Shown here: piece by piece, positions 63,836-64,000 of the stretch
Numbering within the stretch: position 1 is the first letter of the stretch
Layout: every line of letters starts with the position of its first letter
NCBI RefSeq assembly: GCF_963921235.1
Contig: NC_086098.1
Location: 2,542,001-2,606,000, forward strand
Length of the DNA stretch: 64,000 nt
Source of the DNA: Mobula hypostoma
Lineage: Eukaryota
Direction of reading: 5' to 3'
Program-made: the position numbers and the translations under genes
Notes under the pieces: model-generated
The model's input: the letters and a program-made list of their open reading frames with translations, nothing else
Told to the model about the DNA's origin: nothing
The model's database searches: none

Positions 63836-64000
63836 AAGGAGAGAAGATGGTGGCGCAATGCAGCGCGCGCGGCCGCTCTGAATTGATATCGTATTTGTGA
63901 AGTAGGATGCCGTGCGCAATCCTGATTTGATGAAGACAGCCGTAAGAAGCATGGAGGAACATCTGGAGAAACTTCTGAAACGCCCACTTTGCTGCTGCTG
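63836..64000 (+). mobile_element. 5' end of a retroposon, truncated by the window end
   Basis: Starts gagaagatggtggcgc with a CpG-rich head and is homologous to 42270-42363 on minus. Confidence 0.6.

Noticed and set aside
40442..64000. Catalytic Asp exon of the convertase
   Set aside because: No minus-strand segment with a V..LDDG-type motif and splice sites was found by eye; it probably lies beyond the window.
1..64000. CRISPR arrays, rRNA genes, tRNA genes or prokaryotic operons
   Set aside because: There are no regularly spaced repeats or RNA-gene signatures. The tRNA-related sequences are SINE heads and a PBS, and the DNA is eukaryotic.

Overview
Eukaryotic genomic DNA, mostly intronic and very repeat-rich. 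The repeat mix (CR1 LINEs, V-SINE/HE1-type SINEs, Penelope-like elements, Rex/Babar LINEs, Tc1 relics) suggests a cartilaginous fish, probably a ray; this is inference. The only host gene I can support is on the minus strand: four GT-AG exons (40441-40359, 24875-24787, 17621-17449, 8986-8765) that splice in frame into 189 aa of a kexin/furin-type proprotein convertase catalytic domain. They carry the catalytic His (HGTRCAGEV) and oxyanion Asn (WASGNGG). I could not find the catalytic Asp or Ser exons, which are probably outside the window. The convertase is unusually divergent: the S1 pocket residues are kept, but several acidic subsite residues of furin are lost and one acidic loop has become polybasic. 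The rest is nested transposable elements: a two-LTR Gypsy element containing a CR1 that contains a nearly open Neptune-type Penelope element with a minimal hammerhead ribozyme, a four-layer LINE stack, Penelope-derived hairpins and a probable Hero-type 3' end. Repeat boundaries are approximate unless a target-site duplication (TSD) is quoted. Furin and repeat-family comparisons are from recalled knowledge, not a database search.
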